Positions 1 through 12,790 of a stretch of 64,000 nucleotides of DNA are shown piece after piece. How positions within the stretch are numbered: the stretch's first letter is position 1; every line of letters starts with the position of its first letter. The DNA is from Octopus sinensis (Eukaryota). A program made the translations under genes and the position numbers. The notes under the pieces were generated by a model. That model searched no databases and was not told the DNA's origin. It saw only the letters and a program-made list of their open reading frames with translations. The stretch is from the NCBI RefSeq assembly GCF_006345805.1, contig NC_043000.1:31806001-31870000 (forward strand). Direction: 5' to 3'.

Positions 1-1114
1 GAACCTCTCTTTCTCCTCAGTAGTCACCGTCTCAGATTCATTGAGTCAATCATCGAAACCAATAACTTTTTCTTCAAAACAGCATAGGTTTCACTTGTGC
101 CTGGAAAGACACGTCCCTCACTAAACGGCCTAATATTATATTTATTTGATGTTCAACTTCGATGTGGAGCTTTTGGTCAAATTATTTCATTACAAAGTGC
201 GAAGAAGCAGGAGTAGCCGACTCACACACATTCACATTTGACTTCCCTGTGCTTTGGCCTTCCATACAATAGTATGGCCTTCCATACAAGCGCGACTTCC
301 TGGCTGTTACTTAAAACCACACCACATTCCTATATCGATTATTATACTGCTGTTCGTGTCTTTTTAAGCCTCCACACTCTGGTGTTATGCAGCATAACAT
401 GCCAGAGATTGCGTCAGAGACATTTATCCTGAAAACAACGTCCTGTGAAAGCATAAACCTTTAACATCTCCTCCAACACTGTCATGTGACACTGACTATT
501 GCACATCATTGGAATAGTCTTACAGTACAGTAATTTATCTTGTTGAACCCCAATGATAGAGAAGGGAACAACGGAAACAGGACCACGACGGGACTTCTCC
601 TGGACCAATTAGAAGATACCACTGTCTGCATTTTATGCCACTCTTACAAGATGTCTATTTTACACACAAGTGGCATGACGCGGTAAAAAAAAGTGTCCCT
701 TTTTATGTGAGGTCCAAGTTATAGGTTACAGGTAGGAAAGAGCTTGTATCGAGAGTACACAGATTCATGAGAAAATCTCACAAGAAATTTAGTTGAGAAA
801 ATACGCCAAGGTAACCTTGAGGAGAGGAAAATTAATAAAAATAGCAATATCATTTTCGATAAAAAAATAGAGATAAGAGAATTAAACTAAAGATAGACTT
901 AAAATTGCAGTAAATGTTAAAATTAAGTTAAAAAGTATGAATATTCTAGCTGCTTCAGTAATAAGTTACAACTATAAGTTAAGTGAATTAGTAAAACTGA
1001 ATGTATAAACAAGAAAAAAAATTACTATATTCAGAATACTTTATCGAAAAAAAACATTTTTTTTTTATTACGAAAACAAGGTAGAATGATGTTTACTAGT
1101 ATTAATGATGGTGG

Positions 1115-1147
<33 letters not shown>

Positions 1148-1293
1148 CAACAGCAATAATAACTATTATAAAATATCTTCTGTAAGACGACAAAAATATC
1201 CAGTGAGCAATAATGGTAAACTGATAGGAATAGTTCGGGAAAATGAATAAAACAAAACTATTTTATGTCTTGAAGGAAGCCAAAGAATACAAA

Positions 1294-1458
1294 GAAGAAG
1301 AAGAAGAAGAAGAAGAAGAAGAAGAAGAAGAAGAAGAAGAAGAAGAAGAAGAAGAAGAAGAAGAAGAAGAAGAAGAAGAAGAAGAAGAAGAAGAAGAAGA
1401 AGAAGAAGAAGAAGAAGAAGAAGAAGAAGAAGAAGAAGAAGAAGAAGAAGAAGAAGAA
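1294..1458 (+). repeat. (GAA)n microsatellite, about 55 units
   Basis: Uninterrupted GAA run. It produces the spurious poly-E ORF 1243-1470. A short (GAT)n lies at about 1114-1146 and a (CA)n at about 1744-1799. Confidence 0.97.
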
Positions 1459-1742
1459 AACGGGAGATAAAACGATAAAAAGAAAACCTTGAAAACTAAA
1501 TGACTACATCAAAAAAACATAATGTGATGCGGCAACCTAAGTACAAAAAGCGCTCCACATGACCAATTCCACGTATCCAATTGCTAACTCGGTTCAGAAG
1601 AGAGTTCTTACTGAAGTTCTCGGAACTGAAACAGATTTTTTTCTTATAAATTTGGATGAAATTAAACTGTAAAAGGTTAGGAGCTTGGCTCCACAAGGAA
1701 CTTCCCGATATCCAAAGAAAAAAACAAGATTCTTTGTTCCTA

Positions 1743-1797
<55 letters not shown>

Positions 1798-2167
1798 CAT
1801 GTTGTCTATCAACATGTTGCATTCCCCGACCGTACAACGTTGTTATTATCCTTTTTCATTTTACCCTTTTTCCCACTTCATCCGTTATTATCATGTGACC
1901 CTATCTAACAACCATGGAGGCTGAGTTATTTAATCTCAAAATGTTATTCTATCTCTCAGTCTAGTTTTGCTGTTTAACAGACGGAGATACATTTTCGGCC
2001 CCGTTCAGAATTTGTGCTTTGTGCGCTCTTTTTGCCTTTCTCATTCTCTATAGCGCTTTGTCAGGGTTCAGAGTTTATGCCGACATAGCAGCTTTTGTTG
2101 AACTTTGGGTTTCTTTGTAGCATCTAAACTGATTATTTATTGTCTTGAAGTTGTAGGACGGACTCAG

Positions 2168-3060
2168 TTCTCTTGACAGCCATACTATTCCCTTGACAGC
2201 CATACTACACTTGACAGCCATACTATTCTCTTGACGACCATGCTATTCTCTTGACAGCCATATTATACTTGACAGCCATACTATTCTCTTGACAGCCATA
2301 CTATTCTCTTGACAGCCATACTATACTTGACAGCCATACTATTCTCTTGACAGCCACACTATACTTTACAGCCATACTATTTTCTTGACAGCTATACTAT
2401 ACTTTACAGCCATAATATTCTCTTGACAGTCATACTATACTTTACAGACATAATATTCTCTTGACAGTCATACTATACTTTACAGCCATACTATTCCCTT
2501 GACAGTCATACTATACTTTACAGCCATACTATTCCCTTGACAGCCATACTATACTTGACAGCCATACTATTCTTTTCACAGCCATACTATACTTGACAGC
2601 CATACTATTCTCTTGACAGCCATACTATACTTTACAGCCATACTATTCTCTTGACAGCCATACTATACTTGACAGCCATACTATTCTCTTCACAGCCATA
2701 CTATTCTCTTCACAGCCATACTATACTTGACAGCCATACTATTCTCTTCACAGCCATACTATAATTTACAGCCATACTATTCTCTTGACAACCATACTAT
2801 ACTTTACAGCCATACTATTCTCTTGACAGCCATACTATACTTTACAGCCATACTATTCTCTTGACAGCCATACTATACTTCACAGCCATACTATTCTCTT
2901 GACATCCATACTATTCTCTTGACACCCATACTATACTTGACAGCCATACTATTCTCTTGACAGCCACACTATACTTGACAGCCATACTATTCTCTTGACA
3001 GCCATACTATACTTGACAGCCATACTATTCTCTTGACAGCCATACTATTCTCTGACAGCC
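2168..3060 (+). repeat. Minisatellite of mixed 18-bp (TTGACAGCCATACTATAC) and 20-bp (TTGACAGCCATACTATTCTC) units
   Basis: Directly visible tandem units, roughly 46 of them, often alternating 18/20 to give a 38-bp higher-order unit. Confidence 0.95.
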
Positions 3061-3689
3061 CAAATAGTGCATGGTTCATGGAAAAGTAATTTTTTCTACC
3101 ACTCAAATAGTAGTGGCACGTTTCTCCAATTTCTCATCGTTGCAAAGAGGCGTTAGGTCCTTAACTGAGAAGACAAACTAATTATTCATGGAGTTTTTCC
3201 AGTCTGCCTCTCGTCTGAATCCAACTTGAAAAGGTGACGAGATAAGCTAAATAAATACATAACAAATCAGTCGATAGTAACTTCCAATCAAAAATACTAA
3301 GTGAACATGAAAACTATTCTACAAAATGTTTTTGTTTTTTGAAATAAATATTCATAACATCACAAATATACTGATACATAAATATATCTGAATAAATATC
3401 AAACTAAACTTATATTAATTCTAAACTAAACAATGTCTGTCTCATATTTGCTAAATAATATATAGAATTAACGCACTTCAACTAACCATGTATTTTCTTC
3501 AGTATTAACACAATGCTATTTTGACACCTACCTCGCTCTTCTCAGCCACTGACTTTGCTATAAAGCCATACAACCGCTCCGATTCCTCCTTCCTATTATT
3601 CATATCTTTTTTTTTTTTCTCGATTCCTACTTTCCGATTTCCAAAGCATATAAGAGATAGCGATCACAACACTCCTCTTGAACGGGACC

Positions 3690-3833
3690 CCGATCTGTGG
3701 CAGGATTCAAGGGATGGGGGTAAGCAACTCGATTACATCGATCCCATTTCTGATAGGTACTTTATTTTATCGAGCCCGAAGGGATGAAAAGCAAAGCTGA
3801 CCTCGTTGGGATTTCAGCTCAGAATGTAAAAAG
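3690..3833 (-). mobile_element. Degenerate tRNA-derived SINE fragment, family M
   Basis: Reverse complement matches the body of the copies at 48523-48758 and 56801-57003 (TCGATTACATCGA...TTATCGAnCCCGAAnGGATGAAAnGCAAAG...GACCTCG). Confidence 0.8.
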
Positions 3834-4112
3834 TAAAGGGTCAAACCCTTTTATTATTTATCGTTAAATTGACAAACTTATTCAGACAAAATGCCTTACA
3901 GTCTCACTTTACGCTCTGTGTTCAACACCTGCTTTATTTTATCGACCTCATCCTGGGCCGATAGAATAAAGTGCCACCAGCCAAGTACTGCAATGAGATT
4001 TAATCTCTCGTCCATCTTCCTCCGCACAAAAATATTCAGGCCTTCGTGCTTCCGGGAGACATTGTTTTCTTTTTATTCCACCTGCTGTTAAAACTAATTA
4101 TTGTTGCTGTTG

Positions 4113-4480
4113 CTGTTGAGCAAAAAGCGGTCTTCGTTCTAGAGCTCGCAAGATCGCGCCTCTGTAGTGGGAGACGTCCGAAACGTGGTCCTTTGCTATT
4201 CGTAAGACCCGCAGAGGAGAAAGCAGGTCAACCCCCGACACCGAGAGCATGGATGAATGCGCATCCAGGCTCAGCGGTTGCGTAGGAAGTCGAGGACAAG
4301 AAACTGGAAGAAAGAGTGAGAGAAAGTTGGGGCGAAAGAGTACAAGAGGGGTCGCCACTATCCTCTGCCGGAGCCTCGTGGAGCTTTAGGTGTTTTCGCT
4401 CAATAAACACACACAACGCCCGGTCTGGGAATCGAAACTGCGAGTGCGCTGCCCTAACCACTGGGCCATTGCGTCTCCAC
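4113..4480 (-). mobile_element. tRNA-derived SINE, head H1 plus body B1, with 14-bp TSD
   Basis: Minus-strand tRNA-like head GTGGAGACGCAATGGCCCAGTGGTTAGGGCAGC...GTTTCGATTCCCAGACC (A and B boxes). Flanked by the direct repeat TATTGTTGCTGTTG at 4099-4112 and 4481-4494. Confidence 0.85.
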
Positions 4481-5055
4481 TATTGTTGCTGTTGTGATTG
4501 TTGATGCCGTGATTGTTCTCCAGCCTCTGGTTAGTTCTGCTTTCACTAAACAACAGTTGCGATCATCTTGGATTTCATTTAGATGTTTCTCTGTAGAACT
4601 GCATTATGTAATATAGGAAGTGATTTGAAGGAAATTTGACTGCTACTTCTTGCAGGATGATGACCACCCACAAGCTGCCCCATTGGCACACTTAGGGCCC
4701 AGACCAGATATATTGTCATCATTGTTCGTTGGTGATATTTTTCTGCTATGTTCTATGTTGTACCATGTGGCTGTTGTTACAGCTATGTCTCTCGTATGTT
4801 TAAATACTCATCAGACGACATACTACGGTAGATGCTTATATCTCCCACCTTCACCACCGAAGTAGCTACATTGCAAGACATCAGTCTCCACTTCCCCAAT
4901 ATAGAAAAACAGTATTCTTGTAATTAAGAGAAAAGTACTTAAAAATAATTATGCAGACAGACAGTCAAAAATGGATGTATAGTACTCAATACCAGAAGTG
5001 GAAATAATCTATTTTTTTGTTTTTTGAAACCTCAGAAATAACAAGGAAAATTTCG

Positions 5056-5056
<1 letters not shown>

Positions 5057-5104
<48 letters not shown>

Positions 5105-5323
5105 GTATACATACATACATACATACATACATACATACATACATACATACATACATACATACATACATACATACATACATACATACATACATGCACATAT
5201 GTCACAAGACTTTATAAACTGTGAGGGATGTGAAATGAATCATCTATAACTGTGGAACTCGAAGCAGATAAAACTCTAAATAATAGCAAATAGAATATTG
5301 AATGACGCGTGGTGCGGGGATAA

Positions 5324-5388
<65 letters not shown>
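5057..5388. repeat. Compound (TA)n-(TG)n-(TACA)n tract and a separate (TG)n tract
   Basis: Simple repeats at about 5057-5192 and 5325-5388. Confidence 0.95.
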
Positions 5389-5390
<2 letters not shown>

Positions 5391-6504
5391 AATTTCACTT
5401 TCCTGTCTATAAATAACAGATGCACTTTCTTCTCTTCCTATATATAACAATGGAACTTCATATAAAAAGCATCTCACCTTGTTGTTTCTTCCCCGATTTA
5501 TTAACAACCAAACATTTCTTTATAAATGTAATTGATGTCATAGAGAAATACATCAACCGAGAAAATCCGTCAGGGTCATCTTCAAAGTATATCGGAAAAC
5601 AGAAATGATTGAACAAACGATTTTGGGCATAAATCCAAAACAGTTTAGGCGAGAGGTTGTGTAATCGAAGGAATCCAGCTCACTGTTCGATTCAGATCTC
5701 GGAATTTTAAACCCAGGACTGCCATTCCAACCGAACCACTATTTCTCCAAAGCAATGGTAAAACCCTGAACTTACTGATTGCTATCATATTGATACAAAG
5801 CGTCATAAGAGTATTTAACAAGTGTGTTTTGTGTCAAGACTCCGAGTTACGCACTTTGCTATATTCTACGCTCAACATTCTTCATAGGTCTACTAAAGTC
5901 CCTTTAGTATCTATAAGTGGGGTTTGGCTGTAAATTCCCTAATACAATCTATGAGACGAATATGGATGTTTAATGACTTCTGGAGGGGCCTTTACATCTT
6001 TAGCTGTTTTCTCTTCCATTATTATTTTGCTCCTGTCTTTATTTAACTTTTGTTTATTAACATAAAATATGTTTTACTGTCGGCAAGACACGCTAGTCCA
6101 TAGATTTCTATTACATAGATTTCACACAAACGTTACTCTGTAACAGTTTTTGACACTTCTATCGAGGTTAACTGTCGGACTATTTTCCATTTCAGCTATC
6201 AGCAGCGTTGACACCAACACGTTAAAAATGAAAACACAGTCGGGCAAACGGCAATCAAAAGCGCTTATATTTCTCTCCAATGATGAAGATATTCAGAAAT
6301 ATCTTCTTTTCAGACTCAGGTCATCGAATAATAATAATACAACAGCCATAACTTATAAATATTAAGAGAATATTGCCGACAGTTTTCACAATTATGAGAA
6401 TTTTTAGTACTTGCTGACATCACTCGAGTTGTTTATGTTCTGTTCGTGTTGTGTCTGTATGTGCAATCATAAATATAACCTCGCAAAGAAATGCCGATAC
6501 CATA

Positions 6505-6606
6505 GGCGCAAGAGTGGCTGTGTGGTAAGTAGCTTGCTTACCAACCACATGGTTCCGGGTTCATTCCCACTGCGTGGCACCTTGGGCAAGTGTCTTCTAC
6601 TATAGC
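6505..6606 (+). mobile_element. tRNA-derived SINE family C, 5' portion only
   Basis: GGCGCAAGAGTGGCTGTGTGGTAAGTAGCTTGC...GGTTCATTCCC...ACCTTGGGCAAGTGTCTTCTACTATAGC, nearly identical to 10959-11046. Confidence 0.9.
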
Positions 6607-7020
6607 ATCTATTAAGGGACGTAATTAGCGGCAGTTTCACTGCTAAGCTGTTGAGATATCAGATAGACATCTTTATGTTTATTTTTTATCTCGCCTAGGT
6701 TTAGTGCATGGTGCTAGCATTAAAATGAATTAGATAGAAGTGGAAACGCGGATATTATGTAAAGTGGAACCTCCAGTTTGCTAATGCAACATAGAAATCC
6801 ATTAGTAGCGAACTTCTAACTGGATAAAATGGCGGATGTACTCGGTCACCGAGAAAGATTCATTAAAAGTTAAAACCCGAGTCAGATCGTTCTCTCTTTT
6901 TCTCTCAAAGGAAAAATATGTAAAAAGGACATTTATTTATTTTCGTCGGTCTATTCAGTTATACTTCATATATTCATTTATACTTTATTCATTTATATAT
7001 ACAGTTAAACTTTATATATT

Positions 7021-8372
7021 CATCTGACCATTTCCAAGTAAAAACGGGAGTAAAACAGGGACGCGCAATCGCTCCACCACTGTTTGTCGCCATCATCATC
7101 GCTACCATCCTACACATCACTAAGGAGGATATTCCATTAGGTATCGAAATTGTCTTTCGAACCCAAGAGAAACTGTTCAACCTTTCCCGTCTCAAGTCCC
7201 AAACCAAGATATCCTTCACTTCCGTGAACGAGTTCCAATATGCAGATGACAACCGAACATACAGTGCGCTCGGTCTCACCATCAACTATAAGAAACCCAG
7301 ATTCTGTACCAACCAGCCCTAAACGACCCAGTCAGAAGAGAACCATTAATCAAACTCGCAGAAACAACTCCTGAAAGTGTGGACCACTTTCCTTAACTAG
7401 GGAGTCATCTCTCATGAAATCTTGACCTGAACGGTAAGATTCAGTTTAATCTGAGGTGTGCTGGAACTGCCTTTGGCCGTCTCTGTGACGCAATCTTTCA
7501 AGACCGTCACATCAGAACTGACATCAGAATGGTTGTGTACAAAGCAGTGGTCATCCCAACGCTCCTGTACCGTCACCATCTGAAAATATTAGGAAAGCTT
7601 CAAGAAATATGCCTTCGAAGTATCCTGAGCGTTGGCTGAGAAGACAAGAATAAGCGTCAGCGTCTTGAAGCGGCCAAAGCAACAATTATCGAGTCAACTG
7701 AGGTGGAGTGGGCATGTTGTTGGAATGTCTGATGACCGTTTACCAAAACAGATCTTCTAGTCTCAGCTGAAAGAAGGAAAAGGAAGGAAGACAGAAGGAA
7801 AGATACAGGGATCTGTTGAAGGCCAACAGCAAAAAATGTAACACTGACTTCAACATCTGGGAAGAAAATGCAAAAGACGGAATATTCTGGAGATCCAGCA
7901 TCTGTAAAGGTACATCTGTGAAGGTACATCTGTGAAGGTACAACTGTGAAGGTACATCTGTGAAGGTACATCTGTGAAGGTACAACTGTGAAGGTACAAC
8001 TGTGAAGGTACATCTGTGAAGATACATCTGTGAAGGTACAACTATGAAGATACATTTGTGAAGGTACATCTGTGAAGGTACAGCTGTGAAGTTACATCTG
8101 TGAAGGTACATCTCTGAAGGTACAACTGTGAAGTTACATCTGTGAAGGTACATCTGTGAAAGTACAACTACATTTGAGACAAACGAATGTGAAGAACTGG
8201 AAGAAAAGCGAAGCAGGAGGAATGAGACGTAACTCCAACCTAAACCAGATCTCCTCCAACTTCCACAACTTGCAGAAGATCCTTCAAAGCCCGAATGGGA
8301 CTTACCGGCCACCTTCGAGCGTACCAACAACCCTACATGAAGAAAGAAGAATAGCCATGACAACCGAAGATA
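7021..8372 (+). mobile_element. RTE-clade LINE, 3' part (RT domain to C-terminus), degenerate and interrupted by a minisatellite
   Basis: Translation gives FQVKTGVKQGRAIAPPLF...LFNLSRLK...EFQYADD (RT motifs), then YKAVVIPTLLY-like and C-terminal remnants. Stops and frameshifts throughout. Confidence 0.88.
7898..8170 (+). repeat. 14-bp minisatellite (CATCTGTGAAGGTA / CAACTGTGAAGGTA), about 19 units
   Basis: Visible tandem units inside the RTE sequence. Confidence 0.95.
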
Positions 8373-9329
8373 TATTCATTTCTACTTTATATGCAGTTAT
8401 ACTTTATATTTTCAATTATATTCTATGCATTCAGTTATTTTTTATGCAGTTTCGGTTATATTTTGTACTGAATCCGCATATCGGTGTGTTTATTAGTTAT
8501 TTTAAACTAGATAATAACTAGTCTCAGCTATTTGATCAGTTACATTGGAGTAATTAGCTATGGCCAGTCTATCAGTTTGACTGGGCAATTGCCCTCCTGT
8601 AATTATATCAATTAAACAGAATGGTTAATCTCAATTATGAAACTGAACGATTCTAATAATTAGCTATATCTATGTAATATTTGTGCCAGTGTTTTAGTTA
8701 GCAGAAAGTCTTTGGAAGAGACAGAGCTGTCGTGAGTAGAGACAACTGGAAATATATTAGCAACAAAAGTTGTCAGTTCGTACTCAATTTCTTTTCAATA
8801 TAAATTACCGTCTTGTTTTACCGTCGCCATACTTTGACAGCAGAATAATTCAGTATATTCTCCAGTTTCTCCAAAAATGTTATAGCACCTTCATTATTGT
8901 CTGCCAACGAGGGAGCAAAAATCGATATTAATTTGGAAGGATGCTTCTTTCTTAAGCGATTATTAACTCTTCTTGAAAGGCTGTTGAAACTAGTTCGGAG
9001 AGAAATAGAATTCGACATTAAACATTTTATTTTAGAGCAGAAAAAGGTAACCTAAGCCATCCTCGGTCGATTGTCAAAGGTCAGGCAGCGCCGCATTCTA
9101 TACCTACCTCTCTCTCTCTTCTTTTTAAATATCAACCTATTTTACAGGTTCCTAAATATAGCTGTCTTGACAGTTGTGAATATCCAATGTTTCACGACTC
9201 CTAACAAATCCTAGTGAAAACCTCATTTCAGTTGCTCGACCTACAAGAAATAATAGTCAAATCGCCACAAACTATTGTTAAAAATAAGTCACATTCGATA
9301 ATGTAATCCTAAATGCACAATAGTCCATT

Positions 9330-9720
9330 CCATTAAATCAGAGTCAGTGTGTGACAGCTCAGCACCCAATGGATTTGCACGCTCAAGGAAACATAAGGAA
9401 CAACGCTTCAGTTTCAAACTTGGAATCATGTCACCAACCCCTACTGTTGCATCACTTCTAAATTCAGTAATCCTCTCTCATCTTATTTTTTTCTCTCTCA
9501 CGCAGCTTCACCTGTCTCTTCTACTTTTCCTTTCTCTTTCTTGTTCCCTGTCTTACCCAATTTCTCTCTCTTCTTACTTCCTGCCAAATGTATGCAAGTA
9601 CAAGTTGCTTTACGTTTCCCATCAGTTGCAGCCAATTTCTCGAATATATAGAATGTAAAACTTTTCTGTCTTTCTTCTATTTAACTTGAAAACGGACCTG
9701 CCGAAACGCTGGATACTTCA
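9330..9720 (+). mobile_element. Penelope-like element 3' remnant (end of GIY-YIG plus degenerate terminal motif)
   Basis: RKHKEQRFSFKLGIMSP resembles the PLE GIY-YIG C-terminal R..EQ..IF.LGT..P motif. TTGAAAACGGACCTGCCGAAACGCT at about 9686-9710 resembles a decayed CTGAAGA...CGAAACG motif. Confidence 0.45.
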
Positions 9721-10187
9721 CTTCCAATGGCACTTCCACTCTACTCTTTCAGTGGTTTCATGTGTGTGTGTGCGCACGCTCGTGAGCATGTGTGTGTGTG
9801 TGCGTGTGTGTGTGTGTGTATCTACAAATTCAAAATTACTTGGTTAGTTGCCGATAAAGCACGAGCCTAAAGAAACGGTAACTTCAAATCAAAAGTATAG
9901 TGTGACCTTTGCTTGAGCAAGAAAATTAAATATTTTCTTTCAAGCAGTAAAAGTCTTAAGGAAAGAGCAGAGTTCTTAGCATCTTGTATTCATAAAGCTA
10001 AGCGCCTTTTGTTTATCTCTGAGCCTTGATTTTCGACTAAGTTTAGTGAAAAAAACTCTGTACGGAATTGCATACTTTTGATTTTTAATTTCTTAAAAAG
10101 CCGACGGAATTTCTGAAGAGCTTTTAAACTGACTTCTAATACACACACATGCACCCACACAATTACACTCATTCACGCACGCACACA

Positions 10188-10188
10188 A

Positions 10189-10243
<55 letters not shown>

Positions 10244-10729
10244 TTCCTCTCTTACTCTCTCTCTCTCTCTCTTGCTCTTTCTTTCTCGCTCAGAATCGGT
10301 TACGTTGACTGCGCGAATCATTTGCCCACGAATGAAGGAAGGTTGAACGAGAGGACAGACTGATCTCTGCCGTTGAGTAGGAAATGGAAATAAAACAAAG
10401 AAAATAAGAGACATTGTCAAAGTGAAAGCGAAATTTTCATTGGATGAAATTTACACGTTACCTTAACCCTAACTCGAATTTTAAAGGATCCATTTGACTA
10501 ACGAAATTAACGTTTCTTAAAAGGTAAATAAATGCAAACAAATTAATTGAATGGAAAAGGGGCAAGAGAAGGAGTATGTGGTAAATAGATTATGAAGAAG
10601 GAAACATTTTAAAAGTGCATGAGAAAAGAGTGATAATATACGACTCTAGATTTAGTGTTGAATACTCACTTTTGTCTTGTTATTTGCGTGTATATATGTA
10701 TATATATACACATATATATATATACATAC

Positions 10730-10794
<65 letters not shown>

Positions 10795-10960
10795 CATGCT
10801 TGTGTGGTGTGTGTGTGTACGTGTATATGTGTACATGTTTATTACATATATATATTAGTTTATGCATGCATATGTATATATATGCATGTACACACACACA
10901 CATATATGTACACGCACACACACATACACACACACACACATATATAAATATATGTATATG
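10188..10960. repeat. (CT)n tract and large compound (TA)n/(CA)n/(TG)n tract
   Basis: Simple repeats at about 10188-10272 and 10690-10960. They are the source of the overlapping YIYI/HTHT ORFs. Confidence 0.95.
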
Positions 10961-11329
10961 TGTGGTAAGTAGCTTGCTTACCAACCACATGGTTCCGGGC
11001 TCAGTTCCACTGCGTGGCACCTTGGGCAAGTGTCTTCTACTATAGCCTCGAGCCGACCAAAGCCTTATGAATTGATTTGGTAGACGAAAACTGAAAGCAG
11101 CCTGTCGTGCATATATATGTGTGTGTGTGTGTGTTTGACACCCTCCACATCGCTTGACAACCAGTGCTGGTCTGTTTACGTCCCCGTAACTTAGCGGTTT
11201 GGCAAAAAAAGACTGATAGAATAAGTAGTAGGCTTACAAAGATTAAGTCCTGGGGTCGATTTGGTCGACTTAAGGCGGTGCTCCAGCATGGCCACAGTCA
11301 AATGACTGAAATAAGTAAAAGAATAAAAG
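10959..11329 (+). mobile_element. Bipartite SINE family C (tRNA-like head, internal microsatellite, conserved 3' module)
   Basis: Head TGTGTGGTAAGTAGCTTGC...GGCTCAGTTCC, internal (TA)/(TG), then CATCGCTTGACAACC...GGCGGTGCTCCAGCATGGCCACAGTCAAATGACTGAAATAAGTAAAAGAATAAAAG. The same layout recurs at 14005 and 18558. Confidence 0.9.
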
Positions 11330-11565
<236 letters not shown>

Positions 11566-12581
11566 CATATATATAAAATTATATTTAAGTATGTATGTCT
11601 GTATATTTATTTTTAAGTGTAAGATATATTTTACCAGGTTTTTTAATGTTAATATTTCTGCTGATAGCCATAAAACGTCAACGAGTGGAATTTTACTTCT
11701 GTCTTCCACCTTGAAACATTATTGCTCTCTCTCTATCTCTCCTTCCTCTCCCTTATCTCTGCCATTTCTCCACCTCCCCCCCTCTCTCTCTGTACACATT
11801 GTTTTTGTGTTTTAATACATATTTATTTACACATGTCTGTGTTAATATGTGGGTGCATGGTTTTTTTTCCTCGTTTCATTTTTGTTCTTTTGTGTGCGTG
11901 TATATATGTTGTTTTCTGTTTTAGTTTTTTTTTATGCTGGCAGAGACATTCCTCACTATTGATCGGCATTTCTGTAATTCCATTTGAAATATCTTACATT
12001 TAGATCAGAATTACACATTGGAATTTGAGCGTTCAAACTGCTTCCATCTTGCAAACCTTCAAAATGACTTCAGGAAAATGTTTGCTGTTTACAGTTTAGC
12101 AATTAGATAGCATTTAAATATACTTCTGTCCTTTAGTTTCCTCTCTTCTTCATTCGTCAACTCATTTTTCCTCTCCCACCCACCCACCAGCTTCTTTACC
12201 GTCTCGCTTTCGTTCTCTATATCTTTTTCCCCTTCTACTATAACTTTTCTCTATGCTATTTTGCACACACACACATACATACACAAATGAATACATCTAT
12301 CAATACGTGTATAAGTAAATATGTAGTCTAATGTGTTTCCTGAGAATATATTGGGTTATTTGTTTACATTAAAATAAATCGATAGCAATCAAGAAAGCCT
12401 ACTGATTCACGTGCACTGTTACACTTCAGAGAAATATTTCCTCTTCGTAAAATGGCTGGAGTGATTCATTAAGAGAACTCTGGCGACTATCTTCTTATTT
12501 CAACACAAACATTGATCTTAGTTCGATTTCTAAAATTACTGTAATTGAAAATCTCGGGGCAAAGAAATCAGATGAGTAATA

Positions 12582-12790
12582 AAAGGGTTCAAGCAATCTC
12601 TTTTACTTAACCCTTCTGCTACGATAGAGTTCCATTTTACTTTTCGAAACACCTTTGTTTCAATTAATTTTCAAAAATAATGACGAATTTAGCAAAATAG
12701 CTTTGCCTTTATTAAGACATCGTCTGAAATGTAAATTAACCGAAATTAATAAAGTTTTTGACGGAAAGTTTTAATGTTCGGGACAAGGCA
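12582..12790. mobile_element. Possible piggyBac-type MITE remnants
   Basis: TTAA-CCCTT start at 12607 and an AAAGGGTTCAA end-like motif at 12582-12592. The second terminus is not identified. Confidence 0.3.

Noticed and set aside
1-660. Complex sequence with short ORFs at the window start
   Set aside because: Six-frame reading gave no recognisable motif, so it is left unannotated.
1243-1470. Poly-glutamate ORF
   Set aside because: It is simply the (GAA)n microsatellite, with no flanking coding context.
2168-3060. CRISPR-like repeat array (also considered for 61445-62052 and 34685-34976)
   Set aside because: Units are contiguous with no unique spacers, there are no cas genes, and the context is eukaryotic.
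4162-4190. Hammerhead-like string CTGTAGT-G-GGA-GACG-TCC-GAAAC-GTG-GTC
   Set aside because: Stem I cannot form, the core has two deviations, and it is antisense to the SINE that contains it. It is worth including only as a query in a family A search.
8818-9018. 66-aa minus-strand ORF that reads like protein
   Set aside because: No recognisable domain, no convincing splice acceptor and no neighbouring exons.
10615-11045. Overlapping YIYI/HTHT/CVCV ORFs here and at many other loci (for example 17001-17512, 19764-20274, 37152-37642, 59624-60223)
   Set aside because: They are translations of di- and tetranucleotide repeats that lack stop codons.
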